NCBI GenBank assembly: GCA_050951545.1 | Contig: JBMNJG010000007.1 | Location: 192,001-256,000, forward strand | DNA length: 64,000 bases | Reading direction: 5' to 3' | Origin: Limnochordia bacterium | Lineage (GTDB): Bacteria > Bacillota > Limnochordia > DTU080 | Part shown: piece by piece, positions 1-7,881 of the stretch | How positions within the stretch are numbered: the stretch's first letter is position 1 | Layout: every line of letters begins with the position of its first letter | Position numbers and translations under genes: made by a program | Notes under the pieces: generated by a model | What the model saw: the letters and a program-made list of their open reading frames with translations, nothing else | Databases searched by the model: none | Told to the model about the DNA's origin: nothing

Positions 1-403
1 AGCTGCTGTGAGGTTGCCGCAGGAGCCATCGAGCATGGTGAGATCGTTGAGGGAGTCACCTACGGCCACTGCCTGGGACATGAGGAGCCCCAGATGCTCC
101 ACGAGGTGTGCCAGAGCGAATCCCTTCCGGGAGAGGGGGTGACGCAGTGACAGCAGTCTACTGTTGCGGACAGGTATGAGAGCCGCTGCGTGGTTCTGCG
201 CAATCTCATCAGCCAGAGCTAGCTGCTCGCGCTCATTGGTTAGATTGCGGACGGGGTGGGGGACAGGATGCCAGGTGGGTGAGGCGCAATCTGGGTCTAC
301 GATGAACCTGCCCACGTGGGCCCAGCAGCGTACCATCGAGGTCGGTCGCAAGGAGCCGGATGGCAGCAAGTCTTTCGTCTGGGCAAAGCTGACTGTCTGG
401 CAT
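1..403 (-). pseudogene. Cof-like HAD-superfamily hydrolase, frameshifted and internally deleted; runs off the left edge
   Basis: Not in the ORF track. ATG at 403 (RBS GAGAGG) gives MPDSQLCPDERLAAIRLLATDLDGTLL (HAD motif I) and then a stop. Another frame gives SRKGFALAHLVEHLGLLMSQAVAVGDSLNDLTML (motifs III/IV). No motif II (TGR) lies between them. Confidence 0.7.
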
Positions 404-469
404 TAGGAAACCTCTCTCTGTTGGCAGCGTGCATGCGTGCCCTTGGTGGTCTGTGGAGCCTTGGGCATA

Positions 470-495
470 GTTCTTGCCAGTGTGTGCCTCATCCT
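470..495 (-). promoter_or_regulatory. SigH-like promoter (AGGA-N18-GAAC) upstream of the HAD gene
   Basis: Minus strand GCAGGA-tgaggcacacactggcaa-GAAC; same motif recurs upstream of many units in the window. Confidence 0.45.
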
Positions 496-586
496 GCTTC
501 GTGGCGTGAGAGCGGCGGCTCAGGGGTTGGCCGATGCGCAGATCAAGCTGACCAACATGCTGGCGAGCAGTCTCAAGCAGTAGCCG

Positions 587-1804
587 CTAGCCTACGTGGC
601 TGAGGTAGGAGTCACCGCTCAAGGCTAGGGCGTAGGTATCACGGGCGATAACGATCTCCTCGTTTGTGGGGATCACCCAAACTTGCACAGGGCCTGTGGA
701 GATACACCGCTCCGCTGGCCCCTCGATGTTAGTCTCGGCGTCAAGGGCGATGCCGAGGAACCCCATATTCTGGCATATTCTAGCCCGGCAACCGGCTGAG
801 CGCTCCCCCACACCACCGGAAAAGACCAGGGTGTCAATTCCTCCCATGGCCGCGGCGTAGGCCCCGACATACTTACGACAGCGGTAGACAAAGGCGTCAA
901 TGGCTAAACGGGCCCTGGCATTCCCCTGCGCGGCGGCTTCCGCTACTTCGCGATAATCGCTACTGATACCAGAGATGCCAAGCCAACCGCTTTTCTGGTT
1001 GAGCAGAGCATCCATGGCATCCGCATCTAGACCCTCCTTGCGCATCAGGAAGGTAACGGCCAGGGGGTCGATGTCGCCGCAGCGAGTAGATTGTACAAGG
1101 CCTTCTGTAGGGGTCAGGCCTGTACTGACGTCAACCGAGCGACCATGGCAGAAGGCGTTGGCGGTCGTACCGCTCCCCAGCATCAGCGAGACGATTTTCA
1201 ACTCAGATGTGGAACGTCTCATCAGCTGAGCGACGCGGCCTGTCATGTAGCGAAACGTAATACCGTGGAAGCCGTAACGCCGGACGCGGTACTTTTCGTA
1301 CAGTTCGTAAGGGATAGCGTACGTAAAGTGGGCAGGCGGCATGGCCTGGTGCAAGCCACTGTCAAAGACGGCGACCATTACCGCGTGCGGCATGAGCTTC
1401 TGGCATGCTCTAATGCCAGTGACGTTGGGTGGGTTATGCAGGGGAGCAAGCTCATAGAAGTCCTCAAGGGTCTGCAATACGTCTTTGGTGATGCGCACCG
1501 AACCTGTGTAGGTCTCTCCACCGTGTACGACGCGATGGCCTACCGCGTCGATATCCGTCGGATCTGCGACAGCACCTACCTCTGGGTCAAGCAGGGTTTC
1601 GAGGGCCATGGCGATAGCGTGTTGGTGATCCGCTACGGGACACCCGCGTACAAAAGGCTGTGCAAGAGGCCTTTCGTGTCTGACAACGGCATCTTGTCTG
1701 CCGATGCGCTCGACACTGCCTCGGGCCAGCACCTGCTCTGTGGGCATCTCCAAGAGCTGGTACTTCAGCGAAGAGCCGCCGCAGTTGAGCACCAATACCC
1801 TCAC
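587..1804 (-). CDS. ackA: Acetate/propionate kinase family protein (BMC-associated acyl-phosphate kinase 1)
   Basis: VLVLNCGGSSLKY, GHRVVHGG, LAPLHNP, RRYGFHG, TRCGDIDP, PTNEE motifs; GTG start with GGAGG RBS. Confidence 0.92.
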   Translation of the reverse strand: MRVLVLNCGGSSLKYQLLEMPTEQVLARGSVERIGRQDAVVRHERPLAQPFVRGCPVADHQHAIAMALETLLDPEVGAVADPTDIDAVGHRVVHGGETYTGSVRITKDVLQTLEDFYELAPLHNPPNVTGIRACQKLMPHAVMVAVFDSGLHQAMPPAHFTYAIPYELYEKYRVRRYGFHGITFRYMTGRVAQLMRRSTSELKIVSLMLGSGTTANAFCHGRSVDVSTGLTPTEGLVQSTRCGDIDPLAVTFLMRKEGLDADAMDALLNQKSGWLGISGISSDYREVAEAAAQGNARARLAIDAFVYRCRKYVGAYAAAMGGIDTLVFSGGVGERSAGCRARICQNMGFLGIALDAETNIEGPAERCISTGPVQVWVIPTNEEIVIARDTYALALSGDSYLSHVG

Positions 1805-1821
1805 CAAAGACCCCTCCCTGT

Positions 1822-3228
1822 CTAGTACTGAGCCAGGGCGTTGCAGACGGTTGCATTGCGCTGGCGGGTAAATGTGCGCGGAGTGCAGATCCCTTCACCT
1901 GTAGTGCTGGCCACAGTATGGGTGAATAGGCCCGTGCCCTCGATGCCCAGGCCCGCATAGGAAGGTCCGTTAACCACGACAATGGTTGTGTTAAGCGCCC
2001 GGATATACTGGTCAATGCGCTCGAGGCGCTGGCTGTGAATCTGGCCCGTATGGCCAAACCCTTGCTCCGCCTGAATGGCCAGCTGTAGGCCCTCGGAAAA
2101 GTCCTCTACCCGCACGACAGGAAGAATGGGCATCATCTGCTCGAGAAAAACCAGTGGGTGTTCAGCCGAGACTTCCATGATGGCGCCCAGAGTCTGTTGA
2201 GAAGCCTCAATACCAGCTGCCCGGAGGATAGCAGCAGCATCCTTCCCCACGAATTCGCCGTTGATGTGATTGTCTTTGACCACCAGGGTAGTAACCTTCT
2301 CGATGTCGCTTCCGCGCAGCCTAACGCAGCCAGCCTGCTCCATCTGCTCCATAAGCTGGTCGCATATCTCCGCCACGGCAAAGATAACTTTCTCAGCGAT
2401 GCACAGGATATTGTTGTCGAAGGTAGCTCCAGCGACGATATCCTGGGCGGCTTTGACGATATCCGCGGTTTCATCGACGAGCACGGGAGGGTTACCGGGA
2501 CCTGCGGCGATGGCTCGCTTGCCACTGGTCAGGGCGGCCTTGACTACCCCGGGTCCACCCGCAACGGTGACTAGGCTGATGGCAGGATGCGCCATCACTT
2601 CGTTTACAATCTCTACGCTTACTTTGTCCACAGCGACAAGCAGGTTGGCAGGTCCGCCAGCCGCTACGATTGCTTGGTTGACAGTGCGCAGGGCTTCTCT
2701 GGTGCATGCGGCTGCTCTAGGATGAGGGCAGCAAAAAACCGCATTGCCCGAAGCCACCATCATAATAGCCTGATTGATGATCATCGGCGTGGGGTGGGTG
2801 GTAGGCAGAATGCTACAGATAACCCCATAGGGTGCTGCCTGAGTAAGCGCAGTTCCGTAGGCGCCAGTCTGTACGTCTCTCAGCAGATCCTCGGTTCCCG
2901 GAGTGAGCTGAGCGGCGTTGATGTTCTTTTGCACCTTATGTTCGTAGCGCCCTAAGCCAGTTTCATCGATGGTCAACCGAGCAAAGCGCTCGGCGTGAGC
3001 TACCCCTGTCTCGCGGATAGCTGCAATCAGGCGTTCACGGCTAGCGAGATCAAGCTTAGCCAATTGCTTCTGGGCTTGGGCGGCCGCAGTTGCTGCTTGA
3101 TCGACGGTGGCAAAAACACCGTGTCCTAGCTCGTGATCCATATTCGGTGAGCTAGAGGGAGCGCTCTGTCTGAGGTTGGCCACCACTTGGGCCACAATCT
3201 CGGCAATACGTGCATTATCAATGGCCAT
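1822..3228 (-). CDS. CoA-acylating aldehyde dehydrogenase (EutE/PduP family) with N-terminal encapsulation peptide
   Basis: AGPGNPP, FDNNILCIAEK (catalytic Cys), EQMMPILP, TGEG; N-terminal amphipathic helix IDNARIAEIVAQVVANLR. Confidence 0.92.
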   Translation of the reverse strand: MAIDNARIAEIVAQVVANLRQSAPSSSPNMDHELGHGVFATVDQAATAAAQAQKQLAKLDLASRERLIAAIRETGVAHAERFARLTIDETGLGRYEHKVQKNINAAQLTPGTEDLLRDVQTGAYGTALTQAAPYGVICSILPTTHPTPMIINQAIMMVASGNAVFCCPHPRAAACTREALRTVNQAIVAAGGPANLLVAVDKVSVEIVNEVMAHPAISLVTVAGGPGVVKAALTSGKRAIAAGPGNPPVLVDETADIVKAAQDIVAGATFDNNILCIAEKVIFAVAEICDQLMEQMEQAGCVRLRGSDIEKVTTLVVKDNHINGEFVGKDAAAILRAAGIEASQQTLGAIMEVSAEHPLVFLEQMMPILPVVRVEDFSEGLQLAIQAEQGFGHTGQIHSQRLERIDQYIRALNTTIVVVNGPSYAGLGIEGTGLFTHTVASTTGEGICTPRTFTRQRNATVCNALAQY

Positions 3229-3309
3229 ATCGACACCTAACCAGCTTGCCTGGCTAGGAAGCACCTCCCTAAGGAATCGTGTTATGCCTGCGGTTGCCTC
3301 GATGTGGGG

Positions 3310-4116
3310 CTAACCGTCGATGGCTGTCAGTACTTCCTGCGCTACTTTGGTTATCAGGCGGACAAGCTCCTCTTCATTCATGCGGGACGCCGGTCGCTGC
3401 TCAGTGGTCACACGGCCCTCAGCGTCGACGACAGGGCTTGACGTGCAAGACTCTGATACAGCAGGATGGCGACCCTGGATACCCATTTTCTGGCGTACCT
3501 CCAGGAGTTTGTCTACGTTTTGGGCTGATATCTCCCTTTCGCCTCCGAGCATCCGGGCGGCGAGACTGATCTGGGCAGCTAGTTCGATGGTCTCCATCTT
3601 GTAATAGGCATTGAATAGATCGGTACCGACCGTCAGGGCGCCGTGATTCTCAAGGAGAACCGCATCGTGACACCCAAGGTGATCCTTCAGGGCTTCTGGT
3701 AGTTCCTGGGTGGAAGGGGTACCGTAGCGCGCTACGGGTATCCAACCCAAGCTGATGACGACTTCGGGCATGATGGGTTTGTAGATAGGCATACCAGCGA
3801 CGGCAAATGCCGTAGCGTGTGGCGGGTGGGCATGCACGACAGATTGGGTATCTGGTCGCATTTCATATACCGCCAAGTGCATCTTCAACTCTGAGGATGG
3901 TTGCAGACGACCAGAAATCTTCTGACCTTGCATATCCACCTTGATGATCATGTCGGGCGTCATAAAGCCCTTGCTTACGCCGGTCGGTGTGGTAAGAAGA
4001 TGGTGGTCACCTAGCCTAACCGTGATGTTGCCGTCGTTGGCGGCCACAAAGCCCCGTGACCATATGCGACGACCAATCTCACAGATGTCTCTGCGCAACT
4101 CAAACTCGGAAGGCAT
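3310..4116 (-). CDS. Class II aldolase/adducin family (L-fuculose-1-phosphate aldolase-like) with C-terminal encapsulation peptide
   Basis: ANDGNIT, TPTGVSKG, PSSE (catalytic Glu), VVHAHPP and LENHG (three Zn-binding His); C-terminal MNEEELVRLITKVAQEVL. Confidence 0.92.
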   Translation of the reverse strand: MPSEFELRRDICEIGRRIWSRGFVAANDGNITVRLGDHHLLTTPTGVSKGFMTPDMIIKVDMQGQKISGRLQPSSELKMHLAVYEMRPDTQSVVHAHPPHATAFAVAGMPIYKPIMPEVVISLGWIPVARYGTPSTQELPEALKDHLGCHDAVLLENHGALTVGTDLFNAYYKMETIELAAQISLAARMLGGEREISAQNVDKLLEVRQKMGIQGRHPAVSESCTSSPVVDAEGRVTTEQRPASRMNEEELVRLITKVAQEVLTAIDG

Positions 4117-4167
4117 GGTTTGTTACCCCCGTTATATCGGCAAGTGGATGAAGCATATCGGCGATTG

Positions 4168-4193
4168 TTTCGACAACGGAGGCGAGGGCTCCT
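4168..4193 (-). promoter_or_regulatory. SigH-like promoter for the leftward BMC operon
   Basis: Minus strand GCAGGA-N18-GAAA (...ttgtcGAAA) in the 185-bp divergent gap. Confidence 0.5.
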
Positions 4194-4224
4194 GCGGTCT
4201 GCGCAATTTGGGTCAGGTGATACC

Positions 4225-4250
4225 AGGAACGCAGTCTGTGCGCGTGGAAG
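4225..4250 (+). promoter_or_regulatory. SigH-like promoter for the rightward BMC operon
   Basis: CAGGA-acgcagtctgtgcgcgtg-GAAG, ~50 bp upstream of the ATG at 4302. Confidence 0.5.
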
Positions 4251-4301
4251 TAACCAAAACCGGGAGTCGATGATGCGCAAGAGACCCGGTACCTGGAGGA
4301 T

Positions 4302-5156
4302 ATGAACATGGTGGCACTAGAACCCCAGATACGTCGCGATATGGTTGCCGTAGGCAGAGAGTTGTCAGCAGCGGGGCTCGTTACCTCTACGCACGGCAGT
4401 CTTTCAGCACGTCTCGATAGCGACCTCATATTGGTTACACCATCAGGGGTGGCTAAAGGTGAGCTTACTCGGGCGAGCGCCGTGAAGATCTCACTCAGCG
4501 GCAAACGAGAGTTCGTCGGTGCTAAGCCGACTTCTGCGTTGCCTTTGCACAAAGCGCTCTACACAACATCGCCTGCAGCAGCCATCGTGCACGGGCTGCC
4601 TAGCCACGCTCTCGCTACCCTGAAATCCGTGTCGGCCTCTCTGGAAAGCGGGCAGAGTGAACATGTCAGGCTGGGGGCCACGTCGGTGCTCGTGGTCGGA
4701 GGAGCCAATGCAAGTCAGGCTGCGGAAGCGATTGAGGCGGCTTTAGGAGATGCTCAGGCAGTCTGTGTAGACGGTCTCGGCCTTTTCACTTGGGGCAACA
4801 ACCTTGCGTTGGCTATGGGAAAACTGCAGTCGCTCGAGGAGGTCGCTGCTTCCTCACAGAGCGCGCCCGTTGCCCATGCCGAGCGATCTGATGCAGAAAG
4901 GCCTGTGGGGCAGTCGGGTACGCAGCTGGTTGCGGGAGAAGCCTCCCCTGTGGCGAGTACCGGGATTTCCGTCTCTCCTCGTACCTACAGCGAAGCGTGC
5001 AATGCCTGCGGGTTGTGCACTAACAGTGGGGGTTGTGTGCCCTCTGCGCGGCAAGAGGTAGCTTTGGACGCCCTCCATCGGCTTACGGATGCTGAGCTCG
5101 TGGCGCTTGTTGTCGAAGCCACGCGCGAAGTGCTCACGGAGAAGGGGCTTTTATGA
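4302..5156 (+). CDS. Degenerate class II aldolase/adducin-family protein (probable pseudoenzyme) with Cys-rich linker and C-terminal encapsulation peptide
   Basis: Fold motifs GSLSAR and LVTPSGVAKG retained, but PTSA, HGL and VDGLG replace PSSE, HxH and xxNHG; CNACGLC; C-terminal LTDAELVALVVEATREVL. Confidence 0.85.
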   Translation: MNMVALEPQIRRDMVAVGRELSAAGLVTSTHGSLSARLDSDLILVTPSGVAKGELTRASAVKISLSGKREFVGAKPTSALPLHKALYTTSPAAAIVHGLPSHALATLKSVSASLESGQSEHVRLGATSVLVVGGANASQAAEAIEAALGDAQAVCVDGLGLFTWGNNLALAMGKLQSLEEVAASSQSAPVAHAERSDAERPVGQSGTQLVAGEASPVASTGISVSPRTYSEACNACGLCTNSGGCVPSARQEVALDALHRLTDAELVALVVEATREVLTEKGLL

Positions 5157-5716
5157 GTGCTCAATCTCCTACGAGTCGTTCAGCGTTGGGCTTGGTAGAG
5201 CTGCGCGGGGAGCTGGCAGGCTTTCAGCTGCTCGATATTGCCATCAAACACGGTGGCGTCGGTTCTGCCTTTGGCCGTCCGGTGTGCCCGGGCAAGTTTC
5301 TGGTGTTTTTGTCGGGTAGTGTGGCTACTGTGCGTTCTGCATTGGCGGCTGGAGTCGCCTCTGGCGTCGGAATGCAGACCGCACCTGTGGTGTTGCCAAG
5401 CGTGCATGCCGATGTGTGGCCAGCCCTTACAGGTACGACAGATGGTGCAGATGGGGATGGCCTGGCTGTACTGGAGACCTACTCTGCGTCATCAGCTGTG
5501 TTGGCCGCCGATGCTGTAGCCAAGGCGGCTGGAGTGCAGCTGCTACGTATTCGTTTGGCCAGTGGGCTGGGGGGCAAAGGCGTTGTGTTTCTCTCCGGAC
5601 TCGTCGCTGATCTGCGTGAGGCTGAGGTCGTAGCTCAACGAGTCGCGGGCGACCATCTTCTGGATAGTCGCGTGCTCGCGTCACCACATCCTCGTGTGTG
5701 GCAGTTCGTGTTGTAG
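5153..5716 (+). CDS. pduT: BMC-T shell protein, PduT-like tandem BMC domain
   Basis: ALGLVE...VCPGKFLV, second domain LAVLETYSASSAVLAADAVAKAA...RLASGLGGKG. Confidence 0.85.
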   Translation: MSAQSPTSRSALGLVELRGELAGFQLLDIAIKHGGVGSAFGRPVCPGKFLVFLSGSVATVRSALAAGVASGVGMQTAPVVLPSVHADVWPALTGTTDGADGDGLAVLETYSASSAVLAADAVAKAAGVQLLRIRLASGLGGKGVVFLSGLVADLREAEVVAQRVAGDHLLDSRVLASPHPRVWQFVL

Positions 5717-5809
5717 CACTGGGCGCTCGACACCGCCCGCGAGGAACCAGTGAGACAAGACGCGCTGATGCAGGGCGCGGGCAGGACTTGTGAAAGGGGG
5801 CCGTTTGCG

Positions 5810-6109
5810 GTGATCCTGGGCAAAGTGGTGGGTACCGTCGTCTCTACGCAAAAGGATCCCAACCTGGTTGGGCTGAAGCTTCAGTTGGTTCAGGCTGTCA
5901 GTGTGAAGGATCAGCAGCCCGAGGGACGGACCCTGGTGGCGGTTGACAGTGTCGGGGCAGGTGTAGGGGATCTGGTGATGTTGGTGACTGGTAGTTCGGC
6001 GCGGCTGACCGCTCTCACGCGTCAAGCTCCCACCGATGCTACCATCGTGGCCATTGTCGATATTGTGGAAGTCGACGGGACGGTCGTTTTTGGCGGAGGA
6101 CAGCTGTGA
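5810..6109 (+). CDS. eutN: BMC-P pentameric vertex protein (EutN/CcmL family)
   Basis: MILGKVVGTVVSTQK...VAVDSVGAGVGDLV...GSSAR...DATIVAIVD; start moved to GTG 5810 (RBS AAGGGGG). Confidence 0.92.
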   Translation: MILGKVVGTVVSTQKDPNLVGLKLQLVQAVSVKDQQPEGRTLVAVDSVGAGVGDLVMLVTGSSARLTALTRQAPTDATIVAIVDIVEVDGTVVFGGGQL

Positions 6110-6396
6110 AATTCGCGCAGGTGATCGGCACAGTAGTCTGTGTGCAACAGGACAGTGCCCTGGACGGCATCAAATTACTGGTTCTGCAGCCGCTGAGCCA
6201 AGACTTGCGTCCAGCTGGCTCTGCTTACATCGCGGCTGATGGCACCCGCCAGGCCGGATACCAGGATATTGTGGTCGTCGTTTTCAGAGGCGATGCGCCC
6301 AATGTGTTTGAGCATTGGGTAGCAGTGGATGCCAGCATCGTCGGCATCGTCGATCCCTACTGTGTTCGCCAGCTCAGCGGTCGTCAGAAAGGATAG
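6106..6396 (+). CDS. BMC-P pentameric vertex protein (EutN/CcmL family), paralog 2
   Basis: AQVIGTVV...GIKLLVLQPL...IAADGTRQAG...VDASIVGIVD. Confidence 0.88.
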   Translation: MKFAQVIGTVVCVQQDSALDGIKLLVLQPLSQDLRPAGSAYIAADGTRQAGYQDIVVVVFRGDAPNVFEHWVAVDASIVGIVDPYCVRQLSGRQKG

Positions 6397-6400
6397 GCGC

Positions 6401-6670
6401 ATGTTTCTCGCGAAAGTGATTGCTCCGGTTGTCTGTTCAGTCATGCATCCCGCCTTCTCTGGCAAAGCCTTTCTGCTGGTTGAACAGGTAGAGCCCGGCG
6501 GCGATGATGGCGGCGAGTATCGTCTGGCGGTAGATTACGTGGGCGCCGGAGCTGGCGACATGGTGGTTGCAGGAGGACCGCCGGGCCTGGGAGAGATGCT
6601 GGGCCTGCCGCGTGCCCCAATCAGCACATGGGTCATGGCCATCGTGGAAAGGGCTGAAAGGCGCGAATGA
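6401..6670 (+). CDS. BMC-P pentameric vertex protein (EutN/CcmL family), paralog 3
   Basis: MFLAKVIAPVV...LAVDYVGAGAGDMV...VMAIVE; ATG 6401 after AAAGGA. Confidence 0.85.
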   Translation: MFLAKVIAPVVCSVMHPAFSGKAFLLVEQVEPGGDDGGEYRLAVDYVGAGAGDMVVAGGPPGLGEMLGLPRAPISTWVMAIVERAERRE

Positions 6671-7866
6671 AGATACTGGTGCTCAACTGCGGCGGGTCTT
6701 CCTTTAAGTACCAGCTGCTGGACATGACGCAAGAGGTCGTGCTTGCTCGTGGCGGTCTCGATCGGATGGGCAGTGACGATGCCGTGCTCGTCCATCGGGT
6801 GGGCGATGAGACACGCCTTCAGGGTCCCACAAGTGTCCGGGGCTTCACCGATGGGATACGTTTTGTGGTCGATCGACTTATTCAGGATCGAGTGGTTTCG
6901 GGCGTAAGTGACATCAGCGCAGTAGCGCATAAACTCGCCCATGGCGGTGAGTTGTTTTCGGGGACGGTCCGCATCGACGATGAGGTGCTGGCGGCCCTGC
7001 GCCAGCTTGGCGCCCTTGCTCCGGTACACAACCCGCCGAATATCCGCGGCATTGAAGTCTGTCGCGATCTGTTGCCTGGCGTTCCGCAGATAGGCTCTTT
7101 TGAGACAGCGTTTCACAGAACAGTCCCCGCCAAGGCGTATACTTATGGTGTTCCTCATGAGTGGTACGAGCGCTATGGCGTGCGCAAGTATGGGTTTCAC
7201 GGCGCATCCCATAGCTACGTAGCACAACGGGTGGCTCATATGGTGGGGCGGCGGGCGAAAGACCTGCGTACGGTCTCGTGTCACTTGGGTAGTGGTACGT
7301 CTGTGGCGGCCATAGCCTTTGGGCGATCGATCGATATCAGTAGCGGGTTTACACCGCAGTCAGGAACGATCATGTCCACGCGTCCCGGTGATTTCGATCC
7401 CTGGGTCATCCCGTACATGGCGGATCAGACAGGTATGGACAATGATGCACTGAGTCAAGAGCTGGTCAGTCGGGGTGGACTTCTTGGCATCTCTGGGCTA
7501 AGCGGCGATATGCGGGATCTTGAGCGGGCCGCTGTCGAGGGCCATGAGCGAGCGCGTCTGGCGGTGGAAGTCTTCTGTTATCAGGTGAAAAAGTACATTG
7601 GCGCCTTTACCGCGGCTATGAATGGTCTGGACTGCCTCGTCTTCACTGGTGGGATCGGTGAGAACAGCGCGTCTGTACGTGCTGAGATAGCAGGGGGTCT
7701 CGAGTCGCTTGGCGTATATCTTGACGTTCCCAGGAACTCTGCTTGTGTTGGGGAGGGCCTCATCAGTATGGCAGATAGCCGCGTGCAGGTGGCAGTGGTA
7801 AAGGCAAACGAAGAGCTGGTGGTGGCCCGGCAGGCCGCGGAACTACTACGTAGCAGTCATTCCTGA
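6667..7866 (+). CDS. ackA: Acetate/propionate kinase family protein (acyl-phosphate kinase 2, atypical active site)
   Basis: MKILVLNCGGSSFKY, LAPVHNP, RKYGFHGASH, FTGGIGEN, NEE; HKLAHGG and FETAFH deviate from HRVVHGG and FDTAFH. Confidence 0.9.
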   Translation: MKILVLNCGGSSFKYQLLDMTQEVVLARGGLDRMGSDDAVLVHRVGDETRLQGPTSVRGFTDGIRFVVDRLIQDRVVSGVSDISAVAHKLAHGGELFSGTVRIDDEVLAALRQLGALAPVHNPPNIRGIEVCRDLLPGVPQIGSFETAFHRTVPAKAYTYGVPHEWYERYGVRKYGFHGASHSYVAQRVAHMVGRRAKDLRTVSCHLGSGTSVAAIAFGRSIDISSGFTPQSGTIMSTRPGDFDPWVIPYMADQTGMDNDALSQELVSRGGLLGISGLSGDMRDLERAAVEGHERARLAVEVFCYQVKKYIGAFTAAMNGLDCLVFTGGIGENSASVRAEIAGGLESLGVYLDVPRNSACVGEGLISMADSRVQVAVVKANEELVVARQAAELLRSSHS

Positions 7867-7881
7867 AAGGCGGAATAGCCT

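Noticed and set aside
164-603. Two short plus-strand ORFs
   Set aside because: The minus strand carries clear HAD motifs; these ORFs have none.
1091-1825. 244-aa plus-strand ORF, and the similar ORF at 6535-7284 on the minus strand
   Set aside because: Both are antisense shadows of the two kinase genes; their mutual similarity only mirrors the kinase paralogy.
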